DNA of 64,000 nucleotides, taken from positions 9,628-73,627 of the forward strand of contig CANRVH010000002.1 in the NCBI GenBank assembly GCA_947643225.1, read 5' to 3'. The position numbers and the translations under genes are program-made. Shown piece by piece: positions 39,576 through 50,102 of this stretch (within the stretch, counting starts at the first letter, position 1; every line of letters starts with the position of its first letter). The notes under the pieces were generated by a model that saw only the letters and a program-made list of their open reading frames with translations, ran no database searches and was not told where the DNA came from. The DNA is from an uncultured Clostridia bacterium (lineage in GTDB: Bacteria; Bacillota_I; Bacilli_A; RF39; UBA660).

Positions 39576-40895
39576 ATGAAAAGTATAAGTATAAATAAAC
39601 TAAAAGATCATTATGAAGAGGAAGTTGTAGTAAGTGGCTTCGTCGATAATATTAGAAACTTACAATGGGTACAATTTGTAATATTAAAAGATAATACGAA
39701 TAAAGTACAAATAACAATTGAAAAAAGTGATGAGAACAATAGGAAAATGGTTGAACTAATTAATAATTTAACCCTTGAGAGTACAGTAAAAGTAACAGGA
39801 ATTATTAAAGAATCTCCTAAGGTAAAACTAAATGGAATGGAAATTATTCCAACAAAAATTGAAGTAACTAGTAGAAGTGAAGAAGAACTACCTTTTACTT
39901 ACAAAAATATAGAAGGGGTAAATTTAGATACGAGGCTTGACTACCGTTTTATTGACTTAAGAAGCGATAAAAATATTCTAATGTTTCAAGTACAATCTGC
40001 TTTTATCAGATATATGCGTGAATATTTATATCAAAATAATTTCATCGAAATTCATACTCCGAAACTAATTGGAGCAGCAAGTGAAAGTGGGGCAGAAGTA
40101 TTTGAAGTAAAATATTTCGATAGACTAGCTTATCTTGCTCAATCTCCCCAATTTTATAAACAAATGGCTATGGCAAGTGGAATGAATAAAATATTTGAAG
40201 TAGCACCAAGTTTTAGAGCAGAAAATTCAAATACATCTCGTCATGCTACAGAGTTTACCAGCTTTGATGTAGAATTTAGTTATATTGATTCATACGAAGA
40301 TGTAATGAATTTAGAAGCAGAAATGCTTACCTATGCACTTTCCAAATTAAAAGAAGAATATAACGAAAAAATAAAAGAAGTTTTTGGCGAAGAAATTATT
40401 GTTCCAACACTACCATTTCCTACAATGACACTAGAAGAAGTTTATAAGGAACTAGAAGAAAGATATAACTATAAAGTAGAAGAAAATGAAAAGACTGATT
40501 TAACAACGGAAGCAGAAAGATTGACATATAAATTAGCGAAGGAAAAATATAATCATGAATTTTTATTTGTCGTAGACTACCCAGCAGAAAAACGTGCATT
40601 CTATCACATGAGAAACGAAGAAGGTAAACTTCAAGGTTACGATCTAATATGGCGTGGTGTAGAGATTACTACTGGAGCTCAAAGAGAACATCGTTATGAG
40701 GAAATATGTAAAAATACAGAGAGTAAAGGCCTAAAAGAAGATGTTCAATTTTATTTAGAATTCTTTAAATATGGTTGTCCTCCACATGGTGGCTTTGCTA
40801 TAGGAATAGATAGAATTACTATGCTTCTTTTAAATATACCTAGTGTAAAAGAGTCGCAATTTTTATTTAGAGGACCAAATAGACTAAATCCATAG
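39576..40895 (+). CDS. aspS: class IIb aminoacyl-tRNA ligase, type-2 (archaeal-like) aspartate--tRNA ligase (AsnRS not excluded)
   Basis: 439 aa. N-terminal OB fold, FRAE motif (PSFRAENSNTSRHATEF), motif 3 GGFAIGIDRITMLLL. Position after hisS favours AspRS. Confidence 0.6.
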   Translation: MKSISINKLKDHYEEEVVVSGFVDNIRNLQWVQFVILKDNTNKVQITIEKSDENNRKMVELINNLTLESTVKVTGIIKESPKVKLNGMEIIPTKIEVTSRSEEELPFTYKNIEGVNLDTRLDYRFIDLRSDKNILMFQVQSAFIRYMREYLYQNNFIEIHTPKLIGAASESGAEVFEVKYFDRLAYLAQSPQFYKQMAMASGMNKIFEVAPSFRAENSNTSRHATEFTSFDVEFSYIDSYEDVMNLEAEMLTYALSKLKEEYNEKIKEVFGEEIIVPTLPFPTMTLEEVYKELEERYNYKVEENEKTDLTTEAERLTYKLAKEKYNHEFLFVVDYPAEKRAFYHMRNEEGKLQGYDLIWRGVEITTGAQREHRYEEICKNTESKGLKEDVQFYLEFFKYGCPPHGGFAIGIDRITMLLLNIPSVKESQFLFRGPNRLNP

Positions 40896-40978
40896 GTGGT
40901 ATGATAAAACCACTTTTTTCTTTTACATAAAAATTTTAATATGATAAAATAAAAATAGATAAGAGTAGGTGTAGTAGA

Positions 40979-41710
40979 ATGTTTGATAAATTATGTCATT
41001 GGTTTATGATTTTTTTCATTGCCTCAATAATTGGTTATTTTATAGAAATTTTTTTCTGTTCCATTCAAAGTAAAAAAGTAGTATTAAATAGAGGTTTTTT
41101 AATAGGTCCATATATTCCTATTTATGGGGTGGGAACCATTTTAGTGGCAATATTCTTATACCGATATAGAAATGATCCTTTCGTCTTCTTTTGGATGACT
41201 GTCATACTTTGTAGTTTTGTTGAATATTTAACCAGTTATATTATGGAGAAAATTTTTAAAGTTAGATGGTGGGATTATAGTCATGAACCCTTTAATTTAA
41301 ATGGAAGAATTTGTTTGCAGAACTCTATGATTTTTGGTATAGCAGGCTTACTTGTTATTTATACCCTATATCCTTTTCTTTGTCATATTTTAAATCTCAT
41401 CCCTTCACTGATTCTAGAAATTATCACTATCTTATTTGCTATGATTTTTTTAATAGACTTAATCATTACAACTACCGCTTTAATTGATGTAAGAAGTAAT
41501 TTAGCTAAATTTAAAGGCAAAGATGTGACTAATGAGGCTCGTGAAGAAGTAATTAAGAAAATTAAAAAGCATACATTCTTTATTAGCAAAATACTACAAG
41601 CCTTTCCTCATAGTAGTCAGTTTAATAGAGATGAATTTGACGAATTTAGAAAAATCGTTATAGAGTATAGGAGAAAAAGAAAAGAATTAAGATTAGAAAG
41701 AAAAAAATAA
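40979..41710 (+). CDS. integral membrane protein (PF06541/DUF1113-like)
   Basis: 243 aa, ~5 TM; ..RWWDYSHEPFNLNGRICLQNS.. resembles the 'putative ABC-transporter type IV' family. Confidence 0.35.
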   Translation: MFDKLCHWFMIFFIASIIGYFIEIFFCSIQSKKVVLNRGFLIGPYIPIYGVGTILVAIFLYRYRNDPFVFFWMTVILCSFVEYLTSYIMEKIFKVRWWDYSHEPFNLNGRICLQNSMIFGIAGLLVIYTLYPFLCHILNLIPSLILEIITILFAMIFLIDLIITTTALIDVRSNLAKFKGKDVTNEAREEVIKKIKKHTFFISKILQAFPHSSQFNRDEFDEFRKIVIEYRRKRKELRLERKK

Positions 41711-41994
41711 AGAAAAAGAAAACCAAGATCAGTTTAAACCGTTAGAAACTGAAAGACCAATACAAAAAATAGTGGTTAATAATGTACTAAAAAAGTAGGA
41801 ATAAAGGAAAAAAGAATAAGACATAAATCATACTTTTTAGGCGGAAAGCACTATGAACAAAAAGTTAATATTCAAATAATAATTTGATATAGAGAGTAAT
41901 TTTTTCTTAAAAATTATTGTCAATTAGGTGTAAAATTTTATGAAAAAAGGCAGCTATAACTATTCAATATGGTACTATTAATATAGAAAAGAGG

Positions 41995-43374
41995 ATGGAT
42001 ATGAAGATTAAAGATAATATCAATAAAAATATATTTAGAGGCTATGATATAAGAGGCATATACCCAAATGAGTTAGATGAAGAGACTGCTTATACAGTAG
42101 GTTTAGGATTTGGGAGCCATATTAAAAATCTAGGAAAAACAACTTGTATAATTGGCCATGATAATAGACTCTCTTCACCAGCATTATTTGAAGCATTAAA
42201 ACAAGGAATTTTAGAAACAGGAATAGATGTTATTTCACTTGGGCTTTGTACCACACCAATGTATTATTATGCCTGTATCAAATTACAAATATATAGTGGA
42301 ATAATGGTAACAGCAAGTCATAACCCTAAAGATGATAATGGATTTAAATTTGCTTTTGATGAATCAGGAAATTGTAAGGGACAAGAAATTCAAGACTTTT
42401 TAGCAATGATTCAAAAAGGTGAATTTGCAAGTGGTAGCGGGGAAGTTACCAACTACAATATTGAGAATGATTACTTAACCTTATTTAAGAAAAATTTACA
42501 CTTTGGTTCTAGAAGAATAAAAGTAGTAGCAGACCCAGGTAATGGAACAGCAAGTGTGATCCTGAAAAAACTTTATGATTTATTTCCAATAGATGTTACT
42601 TATATTAACATAGAAAGTGATGGAACCTTTCCTAATCATCATCCAGACCCTTGTGTTGAAGAAAATCTACAACAACTAAAAGAAAAAGTACTAGAAGAAC
42701 ATGCCGATTTAGGAGTAGGCTTTGATGGTGATGGGGATAGAATGGGATTAATTTCTAATACAGGAAAATTTATTCCAACTGATAAATATATGATTATCAT
42801 GATTCGCGATTTAATCGATAAAGTAGAAAAAAAAGAATTCTTATATGATGTAAAATGTTCTAAATCACTAAGCGACGAAATAGAAAAATTAGGGGCAAAA
42901 GGAATCTGTTATAGAACAGGTAATTCCTATACTAAAGCAAAAGTTAGAGATGAAGATTTACCTTTTGGAGGAGAATTATCAGGGCATGTCTATTTTAGAG
43001 ATAGATGGCCAGGTTTTGATAGTGGACTATATGCAGGACTTCGTATATTAGAACTTTTATCTAAAACTGATCAGACTATTGATGAATTATTAATAGGAAT
43101 TAACGAGTATGAGTCAACACCAGAAATAAAATTTAAAAGCAGTGATGACAAAAAATTTGAAGTTATTAATCAAGTAAAAAAATATGCTGATGATAGAAAA
43201 TACGAATATTTAGATATTGATGGAGTTAGAGTTTTATTTGATGATGGTTGGGCATTAGTGCGTGCTAGTAATACAGGTCCAAATATAACGGCAAGATTTG
43301 AGGCAAAAACAAAAGAGCGACTAGATCAAATCAAAGAGGAATTTACAGCTTTAATTCATGAATTAAATAGATAA
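41995..43374 (+). CDS. phosphohexomutase (phosphomannomutase/phosphoglucomutase family)
   Basis: FRGYDIRG N-terminus, active-site TASHNP, Mg loop DGDGDR. Confidence 0.8.
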   Translation: MDMKIKDNINKNIFRGYDIRGIYPNELDEETAYTVGLGFGSHIKNLGKTTCIIGHDNRLSSPALFEALKQGILETGIDVISLGLCTTPMYYYACIKLQIYSGIMVTASHNPKDDNGFKFAFDESGNCKGQEIQDFLAMIQKGEFASGSGEVTNYNIENDYLTLFKKNLHFGSRRIKVVADPGNGTASVILKKLYDLFPIDVTYINIESDGTFPNHHPDPCVEENLQQLKEKVLEEHADLGVGFDGDGDRMGLISNTGKFIPTDKYMIIMIRDLIDKVEKKEFLYDVKCSKSLSDEIEKLGAKGICYRTGNSYTKAKVRDEDLPFGGELSGHVYFRDRWPGFDSGLYAGLRILELLSKTDQTIDELLIGINEYESTPEIKFKSSDDKKFEVINQVKKYADDRKYEYLDIDGVRVLFDDGWALVRASNTGPNITARFEAKTKERLDQIKEEFTALIHELNR

Positions 43375-43421
43375 AAGGTGGACTACCTTTTTCTTGGTAA
43401 AAATTGATGGAGGGTAGTAAT

Positions 43422-45452
43422 ATGGCAGTTGTAGGAAAGGAATTAGAAAAGGAAAAGAAGATTCTGAAATTAACTACTAATCTTCTAAATGAAACACTAA
43501 ATAATCTAAAACAAGAAGTGAAAATAGGAGAGGAAGAGTTAAAAGAATTTAAAAAAGTAATTTGGAGTGATGTCCATTCCTTTGATGAGGGTGATATAGG
43601 CCAAGCAAAACTAATGACTTCAGATGAAGAGAGAAAAACATTACAAAAAGAGCAATATTATAAAAAGCTTCGTGGAATAAAAAACAAACCTTATTTTGGA
43701 TCCTTAGTCTTTATTGATGAAGATGGGGATGTGAATAATATTTATATTTCCCTAACTTATTTAAAGGACCAAAACTTAAATAATATCTTATATGATTGGA
43801 GAAGTCCAATTTGTAGTTTATTCTATGACTATGAAACAGGACCTTGCAGTTATCAAGCACCAGGGGGATTAATTAGTGGTAAATTAGAGAGAAAAAGACA
43901 ATATAAAATAGAAGAGAATATACTTCAAGGAGTTTTCGATAACTCCTTAAATATAGATGACGAAGTACTACAAGAAGTTTTATCCACAGAGTCAAGTGAA
44001 AGAATGAAAAATGTTGTAAATACCATCCAGCAAGAACAAAATAAAGTAATTAGAAACTTAGAAGATGAAGTGTTAATTGTTCAAGGAATAGCGGGAAGTG
44101 GCAAAACAACAGTTGCACTTCACCGAATCGCTTTCCTTTTATATCGACTAGAGAGATTAACTAGTAATAATATTCTTATTTTTTCACCCAATAATATTTT
44201 TACAGAATATATATCAGACGTATTACCCTCTCTTGGAGAGTGTAATACCTTGCAAACGACTTTTCAAGATTATTTATCATCCTTTATTAAAGAATATAAA
44301 GAAGTAGAGGACTTTACCGATTTCATTGCAAGGTATTATCGTTATGAAGAGACCAATCAAGAATTCATTCGTTATAAACAAAGTGATGAAATAATAAAGG
44401 ATATAGACAACTATTTAGATGATTATATCAAAAGATGTAAGTGTGTTAGTGATTTTACTGAAGGAATAAATAATAAAGTAACAAAAGAAGAAATCAATGA
44501 AATGCTTCATTATAAATATAATGTAATGCCTCTTTTTGAAAGAATAGAGGAAATCGCCAATCGCCTATCTTCGAATTTTTACCAAGGAAAATTGAAAAAA
44601 GCTACAACTTTTAAAAAACTAATATATAAAAATGTTAATTTCAAACAAGATTATCAAGAAATATATCTAAACTTTTTTCAATCAGACTATTGTAAAATCA
44701 AACTAAGTAAAGAAATGATGAAACAATTTGTTAAAAAGGATGCTATTAATTATGAAGATGCTTTAATTTTTTCCTATATAAAAGGAACTTTAGAGGGTTT
44801 TCCCTATGAAACAAATATCAAGCAAGTTGTTATTGACGAAGCTCAAGATTATAATAAACTTCAATACATTATTATAGCAAAAATTTTTAAAAAAGCGGAA
44901 TTTACCATTTTAGGAGATATCAATCAAAATATTAATCCTTATTATCAGTATGAGTCATTAGAAGAATTAAAAACAATATTTGCTAAAAATTCTCATTATA
45001 TTGAACTTCTAAAAACATATCGATCTTCTCCAGAAATCATTAATTATACCAATAAAATATTAGGCCTAAAACATGTTAATGCAATTAGAAAGGAAACTGG
45101 TAAACCAGTAGTAATTAGAAAAAATATTGAAAATTTAAAAAATAATTTAATTGAAGATATTGCATACTTTACGAACGAATATAAAAGTTGTGCGATTATT
45201 ACGAAAGATTTCAAAGAAGCAGAAAAGCTTTATCAATTAGTAAAAGATGAGTTTGACATTTCTTTAATTGATATTCAAACTAGAAAGTTCACAAAAGATT
45301 TAGTAATTATTCCAGCTTACATTGCTAAAGGTCTAGAATTTGATAGTGTCTTAGTCTATAATGATCGAGAAAACTCCTATCGAAAAAACGAACGAAATCT
45401 TTTGTATGTAGCTTGCACTAGATGCCAGCATGAATTATTGATTTATAATTAG
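43422..45452 (+). CDS. helD: DNA helicase IV / HelD-like UvrD-family helicase
   Basis: N-terminal coiled-coil region, Walker A GIAGSGKTTVALHRIAFL, UvrD-like C-terminal motifs. ATG at 43422 follows GGAGGG; the ORF is open from 43404. Confidence 0.75.
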   Translation: MAVVGKELEKEKKILKLTTNLLNETLNNLKQEVKIGEEELKEFKKVIWSDVHSFDEGDIGQAKLMTSDEERKTLQKEQYYKKLRGIKNKPYFGSLVFIDEDGDVNNIYISLTYLKDQNLNNILYDWRSPICSLFYDYETGPCSYQAPGGLISGKLERKRQYKIEENILQGVFDNSLNIDDEVLQEVLSTESSERMKNVVNTIQQEQNKVIRNLEDEVLIVQGIAGSGKTTVALHRIAFLLYRLERLTSNNILIFSPNNIFTEYISDVLPSLGECNTLQTTFQDYLSSFIKEYKEVEDFTDFIARYYRYEETNQEFIRYKQSDEIIKDIDNYLDDYIKRCKCVSDFTEGINNKVTKEEINEMLHYKYNVMPLFERIEEIANRLSSNFYQGKLKKATTFKKLIYKNVNFKQDYQEIYLNFFQSDYCKIKLSKEMMKQFVKKDAINYEDALIFSYIKGTLEGFPYETNIKQVVIDEAQDYNKLQYIIIAKIFKKAEFTILGDINQNINPYYQYESLEELKTIFAKNSHYIELLKTYRSSPEIINYTNKILGLKHVNAIRKETGKPVVIRKNIENLKNNLIEDIAYFTNEYKSCAIITKDFKEAEKLYQLVKDEFDISLIDIQTRKFTKDLVIIPAYIAKGLEFDSVLVYNDRENSYRKNERNLLYVACTRCQHELLIYN

Positions 45453-45489
45453 AAAATTTCCGTTAAAGCAAATGAAAAGATGTTATTCA

Positions 45490-46275
45490 TCAAAGAACAA
45501 CATCTTTTTCATTGATAAAACTTTCAATAATTAAATGGACAGCATCACTATACTCCAAATAGGTAAAATGGCTTCCCTCAGGAAAAACAATTAAAGCTGA
45601 ATCTTTAATCTTTTTATGAATAAAGTATCCATCTTTTAAAGGAGTATCAATATCTTTAGCTCCCCAAATAAGTAATACTTCACTAGAAATTTTTTCAAAA
45701 TATTCTTTTAGATCTTCATTCACAATATTTCTAAATGTAGATAACATATTAACTGGTAATGTATTATAATCAACAGAACCATATTTTTTTCTTAATTGAT
45801 CGAGTTTTTTTTCTTTATTTTTTTTGCAAAATTTTTGAATACAAACCTTTTTCAACTTGTAAATCTTTTCTTTAATGATCGTTTTTAATTTTTTTCTAGG
45901 CTTAATCCCTGCAGTATCCATATAAACCATTTTACTAATCTTTACCTGATAAACAGCAGTTAAAATTGTAGCAATTCTACCACCAAAGGAATGACAAATG
46001 AGAATAGGATCTGTGATATGAAGTTCTTCTAAAAAATCCTTAATCAAACTACTATATTGATAAATATCTAGATCAAAATTAGGAAAAGGACTATTTCCAA
46101 ATCCTGGATAATCTATAATATAAATTGTATAGTTATTTTTAAAATAATGAATCAATTTAAAAAAAGTATTTCTTGTTTCTCCCCAACCAGGTAATATAAC
46201 CATATTTTTTTCCCCTTTACCATATTTTTCATAGTAAAGTTCAAACTCCTCTTTTTCAAAATACATAATCTTCAC
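45490..46275 (-). CDS. alpha/beta-fold hydrolase
   Basis: Nucleophile elbow CHSFGG, 261 aa. Confidence 0.65.
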   Translation of the reverse strand: MKIMYFEKEEFELYYEKYGKGEKNMVILPGWGETRNTFFKLIHYFKNNYTIYIIDYPGFGNSPFPNFDLDIYQYSSLIKDFLEELHITDPILICHSFGGRIATILTAVYQVKISKMVYMDTAGIKPRKKLKTIIKEKIYKLKKVCIQKFCKKNKEKKLDQLRKKYGSVDYNTLPVNMLSTFRNIVNEDLKEYFEKISSEVLLIWGAKDIDTPLKDGYFIHKKIKDSALIVFPEGSHFTYLEYSDAVHLIIESFINEKDVVL

Positions 46276-46389
46276 CTATAGTAATTTATGCTAAAATATA
46301 GTTTATGCCCCAAAAAACATTTTGATGAAAAAAATCTATTTTTCTTTTATTTTTAAAAAAAATATCGTATTATTGATATAGGTGATTGC

Positions 46390-47700
46390 ATGAAAGAACT
46401 AACTACATTACCTGCTGATAGTTATACAGTAGTAAATAAGAGTATTATAAACAGCTTAGATAAAAATATTATTAGTATGTTATATCAACCAATAATTGGT
46501 CATACAGCAGTATCATTATATTTAACACTTATTAATGACTTAGATAAAGCAATGATGATGAGTAGTGATTATACTCACCATCACCTAATGGCAACTATGC
46601 AATTACGTCTTGAAGATATTGTCATTTCAAGGCAAAAACTAGAAGCAGTAGGACTATTAAAGACTTATTTAAAAACAGATAGTATTAATCATTATATTTA
46701 TTTAATTTATTCGCCTCTTCCTGCTAATGAATTCTTTACTCATCCGATATTAAATATCGTGTTATATAATAATCTAGGAAAAGAAGAGTATGATAAGTTA
46801 TTGAACTTTTATAAAATACCACGACTAAATTTAAAAGACTATCAAGATATTACAAAGAGTTTTTCAGACGTTTTTAGAACAACTCCTGGAAAAAGTGAAT
46901 TAATTGTTCCTGATATTGCCTCAAAAAATTCAAATTTTTTACAACTAAAAGAACAAATAGATTTTAATTTGTTAATTTCTAGCATTCCTAAAAATATGTA
47001 CAATGAAAAATGCTTTTCAAAGGAGACAAAAAAATTAATAAATTCTTTAGCCTTTACATATAATATAGATGACTTTACGATGCAAGGACTAGTAAAAGAT
47101 TGCTTAAATGAAAAAGGATTAATTGACAAAACTTTACTTCGTAAAAACTGTCGCAATTTTTATCAATTTGAAAATGAAGGCTCACTTCCTACAATTATTT
47201 ATAGAACACAACCTACCTATTTAAAAAAGCCTATCGGAGATTCCTCAAAATGGGCAAAAATGGTTTACACTTTTGAAAATACAAGCCCTTATCGTTTTTT
47301 ACAAGCTCAATATAAAGGAACGACCCCAACAGCTAGAGACTTAAAATTGATCGAATCATTACTAATTGATCAAAAATTAAATCCAGGGGTAGTTAATGTT
47401 TTAATATCTTACGTTTTAAAAGTAAATAACCAAAAATTAAATAAAAATTATATTGAAACTATTGCTGGACAGTGGAAAAGACTAAATATTGAAACAGTTG
47501 AAGATGCCATGTTAATAACCGAAAAAGAACATAAAAAGATGAAAAAAATATTAGAAAAGAAAAAAGATTCATCTAAATATGCAAAATATCCAAAGAAAGA
47601 AGAAACCTTACCAGAATGGTTTGATAAAGAACTAGATAAAGAAGAAATAACAAAAGAAGAAGAAGAAGAAATGGATCAATTATTAAGAAATATGGTGTAA
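46390..47700 (+). CDS. dnaB: replication initiation and membrane attachment protein DnaB (Bacillus-type helicase loader, DnaD-domain)
   Basis: N-terminus ..ISMLYQPIIGHTAVSLYLTL...PLPANEFFTHPILNIVLYNNLGKEEYDKL..ITKSFSDVF matches B. subtilis DnaB nearly motif-for-motif. Acidic C-terminal tail. Confidence 0.75.
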   Translation: MKELTTLPADSYTVVNKSIINSLDKNIISMLYQPIIGHTAVSLYLTLINDLDKAMMMSSDYTHHHLMATMQLRLEDIVISRQKLEAVGLLKTYLKTDSINHYIYLIYSPLPANEFFTHPILNIVLYNNLGKEEYDKLLNFYKIPRLNLKDYQDITKSFSDVFRTTPGKSELIVPDIASKNSNFLQLKEQIDFNLLISSIPKNMYNEKCFSKETKKLINSLAFTYNIDDFTMQGLVKDCLNEKGLIDKTLLRKNCRNFYQFENEGSLPTIIYRTQPTYLKKPIGDSSKWAKMVYTFENTSPYRFLQAQYKGTTPTARDLKLIESLLIDQKLNPGVVNVLISYVLKVNNQKLNKNYIETIAGQWKRLNIETVEDAMLITEKEHKKMKKILEKKKDSSKYAKYPKKEETLPEWFDKELDKEEITKEEEEEMDQLLRNMV

Positions 47701-47771
47701 ACCTTCACAAATATTTCACTTGAAAGAATAAACATCTTATGATATTATTAAAGAGTGCTAAGAGTTAAAGG

Positions 47772-48293
47772 GTGGAAAGTATGAAAAGTATAAAAGAAAA
47801 TTATGATTTAGAAAATGAAAATTTTTATTATATAATTGATGATATACTACAAAATCAAGAATTCCAAAAATTAAAGGAAATTAAACATCACGGAATAACT
47901 AGATATAATCACTTATTAAGAGTGGCTTACTATACATATGTTGTAAGTAAAAAGTTTGGTTTAAAATATGTAGAAGCAACAAGAGGAGCATTATTACATG
48001 ATTTTTTCTTTGATGAAACGAATGACAAAAAGACTTATCAAGCTTTGAAATCACATCCAGATTATGCTTTAAAAAATGCAACGAAATATTTTGAGTTAAC
48101 AGAATTAGAAAAAGACATTATAAAAAAACATATGTTCCCAATAACAAAATCAATCCCTCATTATAAAGAAAGTTATTTAGTAGATATCATTGATGATATA
48201 TGTGCTTGTTATGAAAGAACATATAGTATTAGAAATCAATTACAAACAGCTTCTACATTTTTGTTTGTATTGATTATGACGAAGCTAAAATAG
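47772..48293 (+). CDS. HD-domain phosphohydrolase
   Basis: HH...R..H...V (HLLRVAYYTYVV) and LLHD motifs. Confidence 0.6.
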   Translation: MESMKSIKENYDLENENFYYIIDDILQNQEFQKLKEIKHHGITRYNHLLRVAYYTYVVSKKFGLKYVEATRGALLHDFFFDETNDKKTYQALKSHPDYALKNATKYFELTELEKDIIKKHMFPITKSIPHYKESYLVDIIDDICACYERTYSIRNQLQTASTFLFVLIMTKLK

Positions 48294-48331
48294 AAGCACT
48301 TAAAGTGCTTTTTATTGTATAAGGAGGAATT

Positions 48332-49477
48332 ATGTACTGTAGGAATTGTGGCAATAAATTAGAGGAAGAGGATCTTTTTTGCCCAGAATGCGGGAGAAGA
48401 ATAAAAATCAAAAAAGAACCATTAATAGATTATAAAAACTTAGAGAAAAAATATCAAAAACAACTAATAGGATTAGCAGTATTATTAACAGTTATTCTAG
48501 TACACAATTTTTTAAATAATACTTTTTTTAGTGAAGAAGCAATTATTAAAAAATATGTAAAATCTTATGCTAATAAAGATTATATGAACATAATTGAACT
48601 ATCAGATATGAAGAAAAATAGATTCATAACAAATAAAAACATTCAAAAAAAATATGGCGATAGTACTCATAATAAGGTTGATATTAAAATATTGACTACA
48701 AATAAAAATAAAAAAGAACATACAAGAACAGTTAGTTATAAAACAAATGACTATTCAAATATAATCAATTTAAAAATTAAAAGAAAAGGACATAAATATT
48801 TAATCTTTAATAACTATGTAATAACATCTGCCAATCTAGTAGCAGAAAATGTTAAAATCACTATTCCTAAAGATTCTAAATTAATAGTCGATCATGTAGA
48901 ATTATCTAATCAAGATAAAGTATCAGAAAAAAAATTAACTACTACCTATAAAATAGATAGTATTTTAAAAAAGGATGTTACCATTTCGGTAAAATTGAAA
49001 AACGGTATAACAATAACGGATATAAAATCAGTATTTAATAATGAAGAAATTGATTATACAAAGCTAAATTACACTGAAATTGACAAGAAAAATACTCAAA
49101 AAATAACAAGTGATATAAAGAAAAGTATCCAAGATATAGTAACAAATGCAGTCGAAGAAAAAGAATTTAATACGATAAGAGAAAGTAATATATATACTGA
49201 AAGGTTAAAGAGTGATGTTCTATTTGAAGAAAATTACCATAAGCTAAAAGAAAAATATAAAAATAAATCAGTTACAGAATTTGAAACAACAAAAGTAAAG
49301 ATTAACAATATTAAATTAGATAAGGATAAAAATATAACTTTAAATGTGACTATTCAATATAAATATAAAGATAAAGAATCCAAATTACGTGAAACAACGA
49401 GAAGAATAAATATTACATTAAATCATAATTTATTAATTGATGAGCTTTATTTAAATAATCTATTTTATTTATTTTAA
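48332..49477 (+). CDS. zinc-ribbon membrane protein
   Basis: N-terminal CRNCGN...CPECG, one TM, Lys-rich extracytoplasmic domain. Confidence 0.5.
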   Translation: MYCRNCGNKLEEEDLFCPECGRRIKIKKEPLIDYKNLEKKYQKQLIGLAVLLTVILVHNFLNNTFFSEEAIIKKYVKSYANKDYMNIIELSDMKKNRFITNKNIQKKYGDSTHNKVDIKILTTNKNKKEHTRTVSYKTNDYSNIINLKIKRKGHKYLIFNNYVITSANLVAENVKITIPKDSKLIVDHVELSNQDKVSEKKLTTTYKIDSILKKDVTISVKLKNGITITDIKSVFNNEEIDYTKLNYTEIDKKNTQKITSDIKKSIQDIVTNAVEEKEFNTIRESNIYTERLKSDVLFEENYHKLKEKYKNKSVTEFETTKVKINNIKLDKDKNITLNVTIQYKYKDKESKLRETTRRINITLNHNLLIDELYLNNLFYLF

Positions 49478-49503
49478 AGACTAGTATTTCTATAAAAAAA
49501 TAG

Positions 49504-49531
49504 TTCAAAAACTAAAAAAATGTGCTATACT
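49504..49531 (+). promoter_or_regulatory. promoter for tRNA-Arg (TTCAAA-N16-TGtgcTATACT)
   Basis: Extended -10 TGTGCTATACT ends ~19 nt upstream of the tRNA. Confidence 0.5.
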
Positions 49532-49549
49532 TAAATAGTATATTTTTAT

Positions 49550-49626
49550 ATCCCCGTAGCTCACCTGGATAGAGCAAAAGTTTCCTAAACTTTAGGTAGT
49601 AGGTTCAAGTCCTATCGGGGATACCA
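49550..49626 (+). tRNA. tRNA-Arg (anticodon CCT)
   Basis: Hand-folded. Acceptor ATCCCCG/CGGGGAT; D arm GCTC..GAGC; anticodon stem AAAGT/ACTTT with loop TTCCTAA; T loop TTCAAGT; encoded CCA. Confidence 0.85.
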
Positions 49627-49738
49627 GATTGATAACAAACTCGAACTTTCGAGTAACAAGAGAAAGAACGACTTGTCAAAAAGTCGTTTTTATGTTACTA
49701 TGAATATGTCAAGGAAACTTGCATAAAATAAAAAAGGA
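49627..49738 (+). repeat. tRNA-adjacent ~110-bp repeat module, copy B
   Basis: GATTGATAacAAACTCGAACTTTCGAGTA...AACGACTTGTCAAAAAGTCGTTTTTATG..ATGAATATGTCAAGGAAACTTGCATAAAATAAAAAAGG. Same start position relative to the CCA as copy A. Confidence 0.8.
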
Positions 49739-49827
49739 TACATTTGATTGTGAGAATCAGATGTAATCCCTTGAAGGATAGCATCTGAAATCAACTAATG
49801 TTGAAATCAGATGCTTTGTCTATTTTA
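49725..49827 (+). ncRNA. putative small antisense RNA (candidate type I antitoxin) B
   Basis: No ORF. Terminator GCATCTGAAATCAA..TTGAAATCAGATGC + TTTGTCTATTTT (49781-49827) overlaps the stop of the minus-strand peptide gene. Contains GCATCTGA, complementary to ATCAGATGC in the peptide mRNA 5' UTR. Boundaries approximate. Confidence 0.3.
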
Positions 49828-49897
49828 GGAGTAAAATGATTACTACTAAAAATAGGAGTAATATTATAATAAACTGAAATAGTTCTCTTTTTGTCAT
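49820..49897 (-). CDS. 25-aa hydrophobic peptide MTKRELFQFIIILLLFLVVIILLLK (candidate type I toxin)
   Basis: Internal Met of track ORF 49820-50041, with RBS AAAGGTGGTGA. Charged N-terminus plus a single TM, like peptides A and C. Confidence 0.45.
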   Translation of the reverse strand: MTKRELFQFIIILLLFLVVIILLLK

Positions 49898-50034
49898 AAA
49901 TATCACCACCTTTCTTTTATCTTTGATAAATAGAAAGGGAAAGCATCTGATATTTTCAAACGTATCCATTAACATTATAGCAAACATTTGTTCTTCATAC
50001 AATAAATTTAATACTAAATGTTGTGATAATTTAG

Positions 50035-50060
50035 AAAACACACTTGCATATTGTCATAAT
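50035..50060 (+). promoter_or_regulatory. conserved promoter/operator motif copy 3 (AAAACACACTTGCATATTGTCATAAT), upstream of the MTase pseudogene
   Basis: Left half of the motif is conserved and the -10-like TGtCATAAT sits at the expected position. The right dyad arm is lost. Confidence 0.4.
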
Positions 50061-50102
50061 AAGCAAGATGCATTTGGGTATTAGTTAGAAGGGGAAATTT
50101 AT

